Assembly (NCBI GenBank): GCA_964650475.1
Contig: CAZYRK010000004.1
Coordinates: 3,787 to 39,494, forward strand
Direction: 5' to 3'
Source: an uncultured Candidatus Saccharibacteria bacterium
GTDB taxonomy: Bacteria; Patescibacteriota; Minisyncoccia; Phycocordibacterales; Phycocordibacteraceae
Length of the DNA: 35,708 nt
This document shows positions 1 to 7,853 of this stretch, piece after piece (positions within the stretch are counted from its first letter, which is position 1; each line of letters begins with the position of its first letter). The position numbers and the translations under genes are program-made. The notes below the pieces were generated by a model. That model made no database searches, was not told the DNA's origin, and saw only the letters and a list, made by a program, of their open reading frames with translations.

Positions 1-57
1 ACGGATTAGTTATATTTTAACAGACTTTCTTTGTCCGTTTACATAAAAAAATAAACG

Positions 58-66
58 TGTGGATAA
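58..66 (-). promoter_or_regulatory. DnaA box (TTATCCACA on minus strand)
   Basis: TGTGGATAA at 58-66 is the exact reverse complement of the consensus DnaA box and lies in intergenic DNA. Confidence 0.45.
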
Positions 67-423
67 AGACCTGTTTACATGCGTGTTGCCCGCCAAAACA
101 ATAAATTAAAATAATTTTCTCTGGCAGAGTATCTACACTGTTAGTACAAAAAATCACAAAACAAGTACGCTCACAGAAAGCCCTCGAGTAGCTATTAACA
201 CCGTTATTTTTAGCCATTGCAAAGATCTTTCTGTCTTAGACAAACAATCCTTTATGGATAGAAGCCAGCGCCGTAATACTTAGGTTGTGCCTGACATATA
301 CATTACCAATTACTCCGGTTTATTTGTTTTTTTATAATTATTGAGTTACCCGATTTTTTTATTTTAAGTTAATAATAACGCTAGTTTAAAAAGTATCTCG
401 TCTCGGCAAGGTATTGTTTTACA

Positions 424-681
424 TTAAATATCTACGTAAATTTTCACTTCTTCTCCATGAACTGCTATTACTGAATTTTTGTATGAAAAAGTTTTTTCCT
501 TATCAAACATGCGAATTATAATTGGCTTATCTTTCACAAGAGTCACAAAGTTTGAATGCCCCGGAAGAATATCAAACAAACCTATACTGTTTTCAGAAGA
601 TACGCTGTTCGCTTTCCCCTGCCACAAAACCTCGTCCGGAGAGTTTATCGTGACATTAACCGTATCTGGTATTTTTTTCAT
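424..681 (-). CDS. atpC: F1 epsilon-like subunit, N-terminal beta-sandwich only
   Basis: VTINSPDEVLWQG...GLFDILPGHSNFVT matches the epsilon N-domain (G.FGILPGH.P); 85 aa with no C-terminal helical hairpin; ATGA overlap with beta stop. Confidence 0.85.
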   Translation of the reverse strand: MKKIPDTVNVTINSPDEVLWQGKANSVSSENSIGLFDILPGHSNFVTLVKDKPIIIRMFDKEKTFSYKNSVIAVHGEEVKIYVDI

Positions 682-2075
682 ATCTCTTCTTTTATAACAC
701 CTTTTGCAACACCGATATATGAAAACTTTTCCGGAGCTATAGCATCAAATTCACCAGAAAGTATCCCCTCAACATCCTCTATAACAGCATCTCTCGAGAC
801 AAACACTCCTTCACGCCCCGTCTGTTCCTCCATAGTAAAGAAAGGTTGCGTCATATAGTTTCTAAGACGCTGAGCGCGCTCATATGTAAGTTTGTCTTGA
901 GCAGAAAGCTCTTCCTTGCCGATAACAGCGACAATACGCTCAAGTCTCTCGTATTGATTTAATGTTTCTATAGCAGACGTCAGGGCTTTGAAATGTCTGT
1001 CTGTTATCAACGATCTGTCGAGCACCGCCGACTTCGAAGTTAAGAAATCTACAGCCGGATACCGACCCTCCTGGCTCATTGGTCGCGAAAGCACAACAAC
1101 AGCCTCAAAATACGGCAACGCGGCGGCAACAGACGGGTCTGTTAGCTGGTCTCCCGGAACATATACTGTTTGAATAGAGCTTATCGATGCCGATTTACCG
1201 CTCGAGAGACGATTTTCGAACTCAGCAATTTGCGTTTGCAAAGTAGACTGATAACCAAACTCTGACGGTATCTCTTCAAGAAGAGTTGAAAGCTCGTTCC
1301 CTGCCTGAACGAAGCGAAAGATGTTATCTACAAAGAACAAAACATCCGTTTGCTCTTCGTCTCTAAAATATTCCGCCAATGTAGCGGCGGCGGCGGCGAT
1401 TTTAAATCGAACAGCGGCATTTTCATTGATATGCCCAACAATAAGCGCTGTCTTTAGTAGAGCCCCTGTTTCTTGAAGTGACCGCCAAAGCTCGTGACCT
1501 TCTCGAATACGCTCACCGATGCCTGCAAAAAGAGTCACTCCGGGGTGTGTATTATTGAGATTCCTAATGATTTCAGTCATTAATGCAGTTTTGCCGACAC
1601 CAGCCCCGCCGACAAGTGCAAGACGCCCGCCCTCTACCAGAGGCGTAAAGAAATCCAAAATCTTAATGCCTGTTTCAAGTAGTATCTTTTTTTTGTTTCT
1701 ATGTATGGTTATAGCGCGCACAGGAGGATTGATAGGTCTCCTTTCTTTTTCTCCCAATAAAATACCCCCGTCCACAGGTAATCCGTATAAATTAAAAGCC
1801 CTTCCAAGAACACACTCTCCGACAGGAATAGAAAGCGCCGTACCGCTACCAACAATACGCATACCTCTATAAACATCTTCTTTTGAAGACAATAATAAAC
1901 AATGTATTAAATCTCTCCTATAATATGAATGAACTTCGAGTATTACCTTAGAGTCTTTTTCTGCATTTAGCACTTCCAAAAGCTCCGGCCTGTAGTCGCT
2001 CTCGCAATGCACAAGAACAATTTGTCCTCGTACTCCATATACTCGACCAACGAATTGTTTAGTTATTTTTTCCAT
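678..2075 (-). CDS. atpD: F1 ATPase beta subunit (divergent, catalytic motifs intact)
   Basis: LETGIKILD, Walker A GGAGVGKT, GERIREG catalytic Glu, Walker B LFFVDNIFRF, PSEFGYQ, DELSEED-equivalent EELSAQD. Confidence 0.96.
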   Translation of the reverse strand: MEKITKQFVGRVYGVRGQIVLVHCESDYRPELLEVLNAEKDSKVILEVHSYYRRDLIHCLLLSSKEDVYRGMRIVGSGTALSIPVGECVLGRAFNLYGLPVDGGILLGEKERRPINPPVRAITIHRNKKKILLETGIKILDFFTPLVEGGRLALVGGAGVGKTALMTEIIRNLNNTHPGVTLFAGIGERIREGHELWRSLQETGALLKTALIVGHINENAAVRFKIAAAAATLAEYFRDEEQTDVLFFVDNIFRFVQAGNELSTLLEEIPSEFGYQSTLQTQIAEFENRLSSGKSASISSIQTVYVPGDQLTDPSVAAALPYFEAVVVLSRPMSQEGRYPAVDFLTSKSAVLDRSLITDRHFKALTSAIETLNQYERLERIVAVIGKEELSAQDKLTYERAQRLRNYMTQPFFTMEEQTGREGVFVSRDAVIEDVEGILSGEFDAIAPEKFSYIGVAKGVIKEEI

Positions 2076-2908
2076 TTTGAAATTGCTGCAAACGACTCAA
2101 GAAGTCGCAAATCATTAAAGGTATCAATGTTTTTTTGTATATCTCGACGAATACGTTTAATCTGTTTGTCAGCACGATCTTGCGAACGATTGATTGAAAA
2201 CAAACGTGCCGCCGTGCGTGCAAGCTCTGATTCCAAAACCACACGACCAAAAAGCAAGTAACGAATTCTAGTTTCAAAAAAACCAAGTACCTGCGAAAGC
2301 TCAGGTTCGAAAATGTACTCGACAAGCTCGGTCTCTTCAGATTCTACCTCACTTGCGGTGTGTGTAATGTCAGTTTGCTCTATTTTTTGTGCAAAAATAC
2401 TTACAAACGATGGGTAAAACACATGCACTTCATCGTATGCTTCAATCTGATTAAGAAACTTATGTATTTCTGCTTTTGTTGGGCGGTCTTCGACAAAAGA
2501 AAAAGTTTTAATATTTGGTAATTTATCAGACATATCCTCAAGAAAAGACTTCCCTGTGTTTCCTATCACAAGAGTGTCTGTATCTTTAGCGGAACGGGAC
2601 TGTTTAATAAAAGACCTCATAACGTCTGCATTAATTGAACCGTAAAATCGTGTATTCGAAGTTAGTGCTACAAACACCCTACGCACTACGTTTGTTGTTT
2701 TTTTTGGAAGATCGCCCCGAGAGCGCGCTGATCTTTTAATGTCCGAATACAAACTACTTATATCGATATAAAATCTTTGATTTTTTTGAAATTCCGCGCG
2801 CAAATGACCAAGTTTTTCAACACTTATATCAAAAAGAGCCGAAACAACAAAACGGATTGTCTTCAGGTCTTCCAGTTCACTTTTTTTGTTTCCTACAGCT
2901 GTTGACAT
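2063..2908 (-). CDS. atpG: F1 gamma-like subunit (divergent)
   Basis: Position between alpha and beta; TSNTRFYGSIN (cf. TSDRGLCG.FN), YIFEP, ESELARTAARL; terminal helices. Confidence 0.9.
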   Translation of the reverse strand: MSTAVGNKKSELEDLKTIRFVVSALFDISVEKLGHLRAEFQKNQRFYIDISSLYSDIKRSARSRGDLPKKTTNVVRRVFVALTSNTRFYGSINADVMRSFIKQSRSAKDTDTLVIGNTGKSFLEDMSDKLPNIKTFSFVEDRPTKAEIHKFLNQIEAYDEVHVFYPSFVSIFAQKIEQTDITHTASEVESEETELVEYIFEPELSQVLGFFETRIRYLLFGRVVLESELARTAARLFSINRSQDRADKQIKRIRRDIQKNIDTFNDLRLLESFAAISKWKK

Positions 2909-4380
2909 ATATTTTCAAAATAAGGCACAGCTACCGCAAGTTTTCGCAAAAACTGTTCGATTGATATCGTCCCCCGGCGCGCGCTGTTTACAACAGCCTC
3001 AATCTCCTTGTTTGTCCCCGGATTATGCATTATTTCGATAAGAGCATCGCGATTATTGCGCGCAAATGATACATCTTTACCATCAAAGAGCTTTGTAAAA
3101 ACAAGAGAAAGCAACACAATCTGTACTTCAAGGAACATTTCGCTCATAGGCTCTTGGTCAAGGAAAACAAGCATTGTTTCCCCCCTGTTTATAGTTCGGC
3201 GAGTATTTTCAGATAACTGTGTTCCAAACTCAAGATATTTACGTTGCCTTTCATACTCTGCAATAAGTGTTTGTATCCGAATAGATAGTTGCTTCGCCAG
3301 CTTACTCTGTGTTTTGCGCCCGACACGAGTCACAGACTCTTCCGGAATAACTGCTGGAAAATGTCCTTCCGAGTTCAAGAGCGGTGAAAAGAAAAGATGC
3401 CCATCTGTTGCTGAAACTAGATTTGTTGAAATAAGGCTTGATATGTCTTCTATGTTTGTTTCAAGCACCGGCAAAATCGTAATGCTTCCAGAACCAACAC
3501 TTTTGTTAAAACGCCCGCCACGCTCCAATAAATGCGCCTGTTGATAGAACATATCGCCCGGATACGACTCGCGTCCAGGTACTTGACCGGACATAAGTGC
3601 TATTTCTCGTAAATATTTTGCGTGGTTACCAAGGTCATCAAGAACAAGAAGAACATCCTTCCCCTCCCAAGAAAAAGACTCTGCGAGCTCAAGAGCTACA
3701 GTCGGTGCAAGATAAATCATCGGAGCAGGCTCATCTGAAAATGTTGCGAGAATAATGGTGTTTTTATTACCTTTCTCACTAAAAATACGCTCTATGGCTC
3801 CTTCAATATACGCAACTGGACGCCCTATAAAAGTATAGATACATACAACATCTGTGTTTACTTGGTTAGAGATTAGCCCTTCCAAAAATACAGTAATTCC
3901 GCTTGAAATAGGACCGGTAATAAGTTGGCGCTGTCCTTTTGCGATAGGCACAAGTATATCAACAGCGGGCATTCCGGTAAAAAGTTGCTCTGTCATTTGT
4001 TTACGGGCACTCATAGATGGAGCAGATCCTTCAAGGCTGAGAGGTGTCTCACCCTTAGAAAAAGCTCCTAGTCCGTCGATAGGCTCTCCAAGGACATTCA
4101 TCGTACGCCCAAACAGTTCTTCCCCAAACATATAACGCACACCATCAGCATACTGTACAAACCGGTCACCAGACTTAGGGTTTCCGCGATCAAGCAAGAG
4201 TGCTTCAACTCTGTCTTCCAAAAGAGCAGTTATTATCGCGCGTTGCCCCCTGGTATTGCAGATAATATTATTAACGCGCGCTGAGGGAAGTCCTTCAAGA
4301 GTAAGTAAATACCCTTTTGCTTGTACTACAAAACCGGTTTCTCCATCATTAAATGCGCTTTTTTTTGTTAAGTTATTCAT
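2893..4380 (-). CDS. atpA: F1 alpha-like subunit with degenerate P-loop
   Basis: GRTMNVLGEPIDG, PIAKGQRQLI, GKDVLLVLDDL, PGRESYPGDMFY, LLERGG, GSITILP, TNLVSATDGH, SVTRVG (Arg finger); Walker A reads GPISSGIT. Confidence 0.93.
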   Translation of the reverse strand: MNNLTKKSAFNDGETGFVVQAKGYLLTLEGLPSARVNNIICNTRGQRAIITALLEDRVEALLLDRGNPKSGDRFVQYADGVRYMFGEELFGRTMNVLGEPIDGLGAFSKGETPLSLEGSAPSMSARKQMTEQLFTGMPAVDILVPIAKGQRQLITGPISSGITVFLEGLISNQVNTDVVCIYTFIGRPVAYIEGAIERIFSEKGNKNTIILATFSDEPAPMIYLAPTVALELAESFSWEGKDVLLVLDDLGNHAKYLREIALMSGQVPGRESYPGDMFYQQAHLLERGGRFNKSVGSGSITILPVLETNIEDISSLISTNLVSATDGHLFFSPLLNSEGHFPAVIPEESVTRVGRKTQSKLAKQLSIRIQTLIAEYERQRKYLEFGTQLSENTRRTINRGETMLVFLDQEPMSEMFLEVQIVLLSLVFTKLFDGKDVSFARNNRDALIEIMHNPGTNKEIEAVVNSARRGTISIEQFLRKLAVAVPYFENICQQL

Positions 4381-4922
4381 ATTTTGCTTTGATGTAGTGG
4401 AAACGTTGGCATTGTTTGTCTTATTTTATTTTCCAACTCCAAACGATGCTCTTCAAGATAGTATTCGAAACCAAATTCGTGCAATTTACTATGCCAAACT
4501 ATTTGGCACCCTACTGAAATTGATTGGTCAATATCAACATCAAGGAGGACGTCTGGAGAAACCTCCAGACGCGCCCATTTCCCTATCGATTCTATCTGTT
4601 TTGGACCTAAGACAATAGGAACAACTATCGATAACGTCGGCAGGTTATCTACTTCATCTGAAATACTGTTTAATTTTTGATGAAAAGATTCTGATGAAAA
4701 CTCTTCAAAAAAACTTGCTGAAAGGCTTTCTAGAAATACAATATCGGTATGCGGTCTCTCGTCTTTTTGCGAAAACGATTTAATCACGTCTTGGTTTACA
4801 TTTGTGGCGTGCGCTGTAAAAAACACAAATTCGAAAAACTCTTTTAAGACTCCAATTCTGTACGCCACATCAGAGCGACTGTATACCTGTGTTGTAATTT
4901 CTGTAAGCAGGTCTTTTATCAT
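4377..4922 (-). CDS. atpH: F1 delta/OSCP-like subunit (divergent)
   Basis: Directly upstream of alpha with ATGA overlap; C-terminal VPIVLGPKQIESI...VLLDVDIDQSISVGCQI resembles the delta C-domain (VDPSILGG); 181 aa. Confidence 0.7.
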   Translation of the reverse strand: MIKDLLTEITTQVYSRSDVAYRIGVLKEFFEFVFFTAHATNVNQDVIKSFSQKDERPHTDIVFLESLSASFFEEFSSESFHQKLNSISDEVDNLPTLSIVVPIVLGPKQIESIGKWARLEVSPDVLLDVDIDQSISVGCQIVWHSKLHEFGFEYYLEEHRLELENKIRQTMPTFPLHQSKI

Positions 4923-4925
4923 AGT

Positions 4926-5699
4926 CTACATAGAAAAAACACCTTTCTGTTTCGCTTCTTTTAAGGCTTTAATTACTAAATCTTTATGGTCTTCAAGAGA
5001 AATGATTTTATTTAGTGCGATGCGAGCGGTGTCTTCAACAAGAGAGACAATCTCCGAGTTAAGGGCTTCTAGTCTTTGTGTACGATATATCTCGAGAGCT
5101 TTCCTTGTTTCTTGTATGTCTTTTTCAAGCTCTTCAGACATAATCTTTTTTGTGTCTTCGATAAGCGCTCCGTATTCATTTTTTGTGTCTTCTTCCATTT
5201 TGGAAAAGAACTTCTTCATATTTTCTCTTTCGTCACCCATAAGCTTCTTAAGCTCCTCTTCTTGCGCTTCAAGAGTGGTGCGCATGCCTTCCGTATGCTC
5301 CTTAAACCCTACAGAAACAGCCTCAAGAGCCTGTGTAAGAGTAGTGACATGCTTTGTCAACAAATCTTTCGCGTGGTCTGTAGACTCTTGCAACTGCTTC
5401 TTTTGTGCGTCCAAAACTGCTTCATCTTCTTTCTTAAGAATTTCAGAAATATCTCCAGAACGCGTGCGAACAGCCTTACTTTGTTCGCGCGCTTCTTCCA
5501 ATATTTTTTCCGCTTTGCGCTCCGCTACGTTTGTTATTCGGTAATACTCGGGAGATATCAGACTTCGAAAACGCGCTTCAAATTGGATAATGACTGCTAC
5601 AAAAACAACGAGTGTCAGAAGTATAAGAATAAGGACGCCCAAAATAACCGCACTTATAGGGGAAGAAAAAACAGTGGTGATTATGTTTGTAAAATTCAT
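4926..5699 (-). CDS. atpF: Fo b-like peripheral stalk protein (N-terminal TM plus long coiled coil)
   Basis: Hydrophobic segment ISAVILGVLILILLTLVVFVAVII; AERKAEKILEEAR coiled coil; C-terminal LVEDTARIALNKIISLEDHKDLVIKAL is b-like; operon position. Confidence 0.7.
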   Translation of the reverse strand: MNFTNIITTVFSSPISAVILGVLILILLTLVVFVAVIIQFEARFRSLISPEYYRITNVAERKAEKILEEAREQSKAVRTRSGDISEILKKEDEAVLDAQKKQLQESTDHAKDLLTKHVTTLTQALEAVSVGFKEHTEGMRTTLEAQEEELKKLMGDERENMKKFFSKMEEDTKNEYGALIEDTKKIMSEELEKDIQETRKALEIYRTQRLEALNSEIVSLVEDTARIALNKIISLEDHKDLVIKALKEAKQKGVFSM

Positions 5700-5710
5700 A
5701 TCAAGTTACA

Positions 5711-6610
5711 TTATACGGGTAAAAAGAACACCATAAACCCAACAAAAAGCCCAGCCATACTTACCAAAATTATAAGTATAGTATCAAGAACCACGATAGA
5801 TTGAATCGATGACTTTGCCAAAGGGTTACGCCCAACGGAAACAACACTGTTTTTTATGTTTGAACCGAAGTTTTTAAACGCTACAATAACCGACCCTATC
5901 GCAATTGTCGCTGCAATTATGTATTTAACAAACACAGGTATCGGCAAACTGTCTTTATTATTTCCAGTACCATTACCAACACCGTTTTTCTGATTTGTTG
6001 CAGTTCCTGCTGAAACAGGTTTTGACACGAGAGGTGTTGTACTTGCTGTTGCGTTTCTGCTGTGCGGACCCACAGAAAGAAGCACGTGTATTGACCCTGT
6101 GTAAACAACATTCGCGGTTGAGGTACTTACTATGCGTGTACTTGTTGCAATACCTGTAAAAGGTTGTAGTGCCGTCCCTACAATATAAATGTCGGTATCA
6201 TTTGCTTTCTGCCCCTTACCGGGGATTGGAGACGAAGTTATAAAATCTCCGGCATGTATGACTCCGCCTAGAGTAGTTACATTTACAACAACCTCCCCCG
6301 AACGAACAACAGGTACACCACCGTTTGCAGAACGAAAAACAACTACAGGATCATTTACAACTACACCAAACATATTTTTATCGCTTGTTATGTTTGTAAT
6401 ATTAAATGTTTGTTTTGTTTTGTTAAAAGAAATAATATCTCCTGAAATAGGGGGCTTGCCCGAGACAATGTAAGTTTGTGCAAAAGTACTTTCATTGGCA
6501 GTTTTAAAAAACTGGGCATGCGCAATAGGAATAATAGTAATTCCAAAAACAGTCACTACTATAAATATTATTCCTTTTAAAAAAACTTTTTTTGTTTTAG
6601 AAAAGCTCAT
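5711..6610 (-). CDS. Signal-peptide/extracytoplasmic-domain protein with C-terminal subunit-c-like hairpin
   Basis: N-terminal signal ending AHA-Q; beta-rich domain (GDIISF, GVVVNDP, GDFITSSPIPGKGQKA); S/T-rich linker; two C-terminal TM helices joined by GRNPLAK; occupies the atpE position. Confidence 0.7.
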   Translation of the reverse strand: MSFSKTKKVFLKGIIFIVVTVFGITIIPIAHAQFFKTANESTFAQTYIVSGKPPISGDIISFNKTKQTFNITNITSDKNMFGVVVNDPVVVFRSANGGVPVVRSGEVVVNVTTLGGVIHAGDFITSSPIPGKGQKANDTDIYIVGTALQPFTGIATSTRIVSTSTANVVYTGSIHVLLSVGPHSRNATASTTPLVSKPVSAGTATNQKNGVGNGTGNNKDSLPIPVFVKYIIAATIAIGSVIVAFKNFGSNIKNSVVSVGRNPLAKSSIQSIVVLDTILIILVSMAGLFVGFMVFFLPV

Positions 6611-6612
6611 AA

Positions 6613-7659
6613 CTATTGCTCTCCGAGATGCGCAAACGGATTAATTTTTATTTTACTTGTTTGCGCACTGTTTTTTAAACCAGAAGTACGCATGTTTTTA
6701 GCTTGTTGTTTTGCTCGTAATTCTTGTGAAAAAGCATTGAAGTTTTTGTACATTATCGCTGTTGCTACGACACTTTTGTTTGTAAGACTCATCACAGAAT
6801 GACCGACTGCAAAAACAGTATCTCCCACGGTATCTGCAACACGAGGAGAGCCATCAACAAACGCATATATCATATTCGTGTATCCTGCTATCGAAGAACG
6901 TGTAATATTTTGCACCGCTTCTCCAACAGAAATTGCCACTTTGGGAAAAGTGTCTCGTGTATAGATACTGGTACTGCGCACAATCTTACCGCTCACTAAA
7001 ACAGTCCTGCTGTACCCATGGAGAGTGCTTTGTATAGCGCTATATGTAATCTCCCCGACACGCACATAGCTATACAAAGAACCTTTAAGTACATTTGGTG
7101 ACAAAGAAATACCATCTGTTCGCGCAAGACTATTACCGATGTGTACTGATGCAGTAAAAGATGTCGCTCGCGAATACGGTCGTTGTGAAAAAATATGGGT
7201 AACTGCTCCGTACGCAGAAAACATACAAACAAAAGCGAGAGCGAGTGTAGCTCCACCAATAAATGCGTTATGGATAGGTGTGATATTTTCCTGTGTAGAA
7301 TCTTGTAATAAAAAGTTTAGGAAAATAGCTTTTTGCGGTTTTTCTATAGCTTCGTTTTGTTTGTGCTTTTTGTCTATTAAAAGCCCCACGGATTTATATT
7401 CCGGAATACATTGTGTATCTTTTTGTGCCTTTTTATATTCTTCCTCGCGAATTTTTGCAAGCTCTGTTGCTCGTTCTTTTTTTTGCAAAGTATTTCTTTC
7501 AACAAAATCGTTTAGTGACACTTCATCAATAAACCATTTGTTTCCTATGCGCTCCCCACGAACCTTCCCTGTTCGACAAAGGTTCGCGACATAGCTCGTA
7601 CTATATTTTGTACGTGCAGAGGCTTCACTTGCTGATAATTGTAAAGAGGGTAAATTCAT
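6613..7659 (-). CDS. Membrane-anchored protein with N-terminal excisionase/MerR-like HTH
   Basis: LSASEASARTKYSTSYVANLCRTGKVRGERIGNKWFID is a winged HTH (HTH_17-like); TM AFIGGATLALAFVCMFSAYGAV; stop 2 nt before the c-like gene start. Confidence 0.7.
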   Translation of the reverse strand: MNLPSLQLSASEASARTKYSTSYVANLCRTGKVRGERIGNKWFIDEVSLNDFVERNTLQKKERATELAKIREEEYKKAQKDTQCIPEYKSVGLLIDKKHKQNEAIEKPQKAIFLNFLLQDSTQENITPIHNAFIGGATLALAFVCMFSAYGAVTHIFSQRPYSRATSFTASVHIGNSLARTDGISLSPNVLKGSLYSYVRVGEITYSAIQSTLHGYSRTVLVSGKIVRSTSIYTRDTFPKVAISVGEAVQNITRSSIAGYTNMIYAFVDGSPRVADTVGDTVFAVGHSVMSLTNKSVVATAIMYKNFNAFSQELRAKQQAKNMRTSGLKNSAQTSKIKINPFAHLGEQ

Positions 7660-7731
7660 GGAGTAAATGTGAGATATATAATCATCTTACTGTTTTTTAA
7701 TAAAAATATATAGCCACCACCCCCTGTTTAA

Positions 7732-7740
7732 TGTGGATAA
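7732..7740 (-). promoter_or_regulatory. DnaA box upstream of the ATPase-like operon
   Basis: Exact TGTGGATAA in the 7660-7853 intergenic region. Confidence 0.45.
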
Positions 7741-7853
7741 AGAAAACTAAGCAAAATATTATTTACTCAAAAAAAACAAAACTATACCTCGTTCAATGCC
7801 TACGTTAAAAACTCTCGGGATATCTAAAATCTACACGTTTGTAAGTACCGAGC

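Noticed and set aside
17-217. 66-aa minus-strand ORF downstream of epsilon
   Set aside because: No recognisable motif, atypical composition, and it contains a DnaA box; more likely non-coding DNA.
4804-5804. Long plus-strand ORFs (246 and 242 aa) opposite the b-like gene, and similar antisense ORFs throughout
   Set aside because: They lie opposite well-supported genes and show no motifs; typical shadow ORFs.
424-6610. Interpretation as an N-ATPase or an ordinary ATP synthase
   Set aside because: N-ATPase order is atpDC-QR-BEFAG with subunit a and no separate delta; here the order is canonical, a delta-like gene is present and a is absent.
6613-7659. Possible highly diverged subunit a
   Set aside because: Only one clear TM helix, an N-terminal HTH and no stator-Arg motif.
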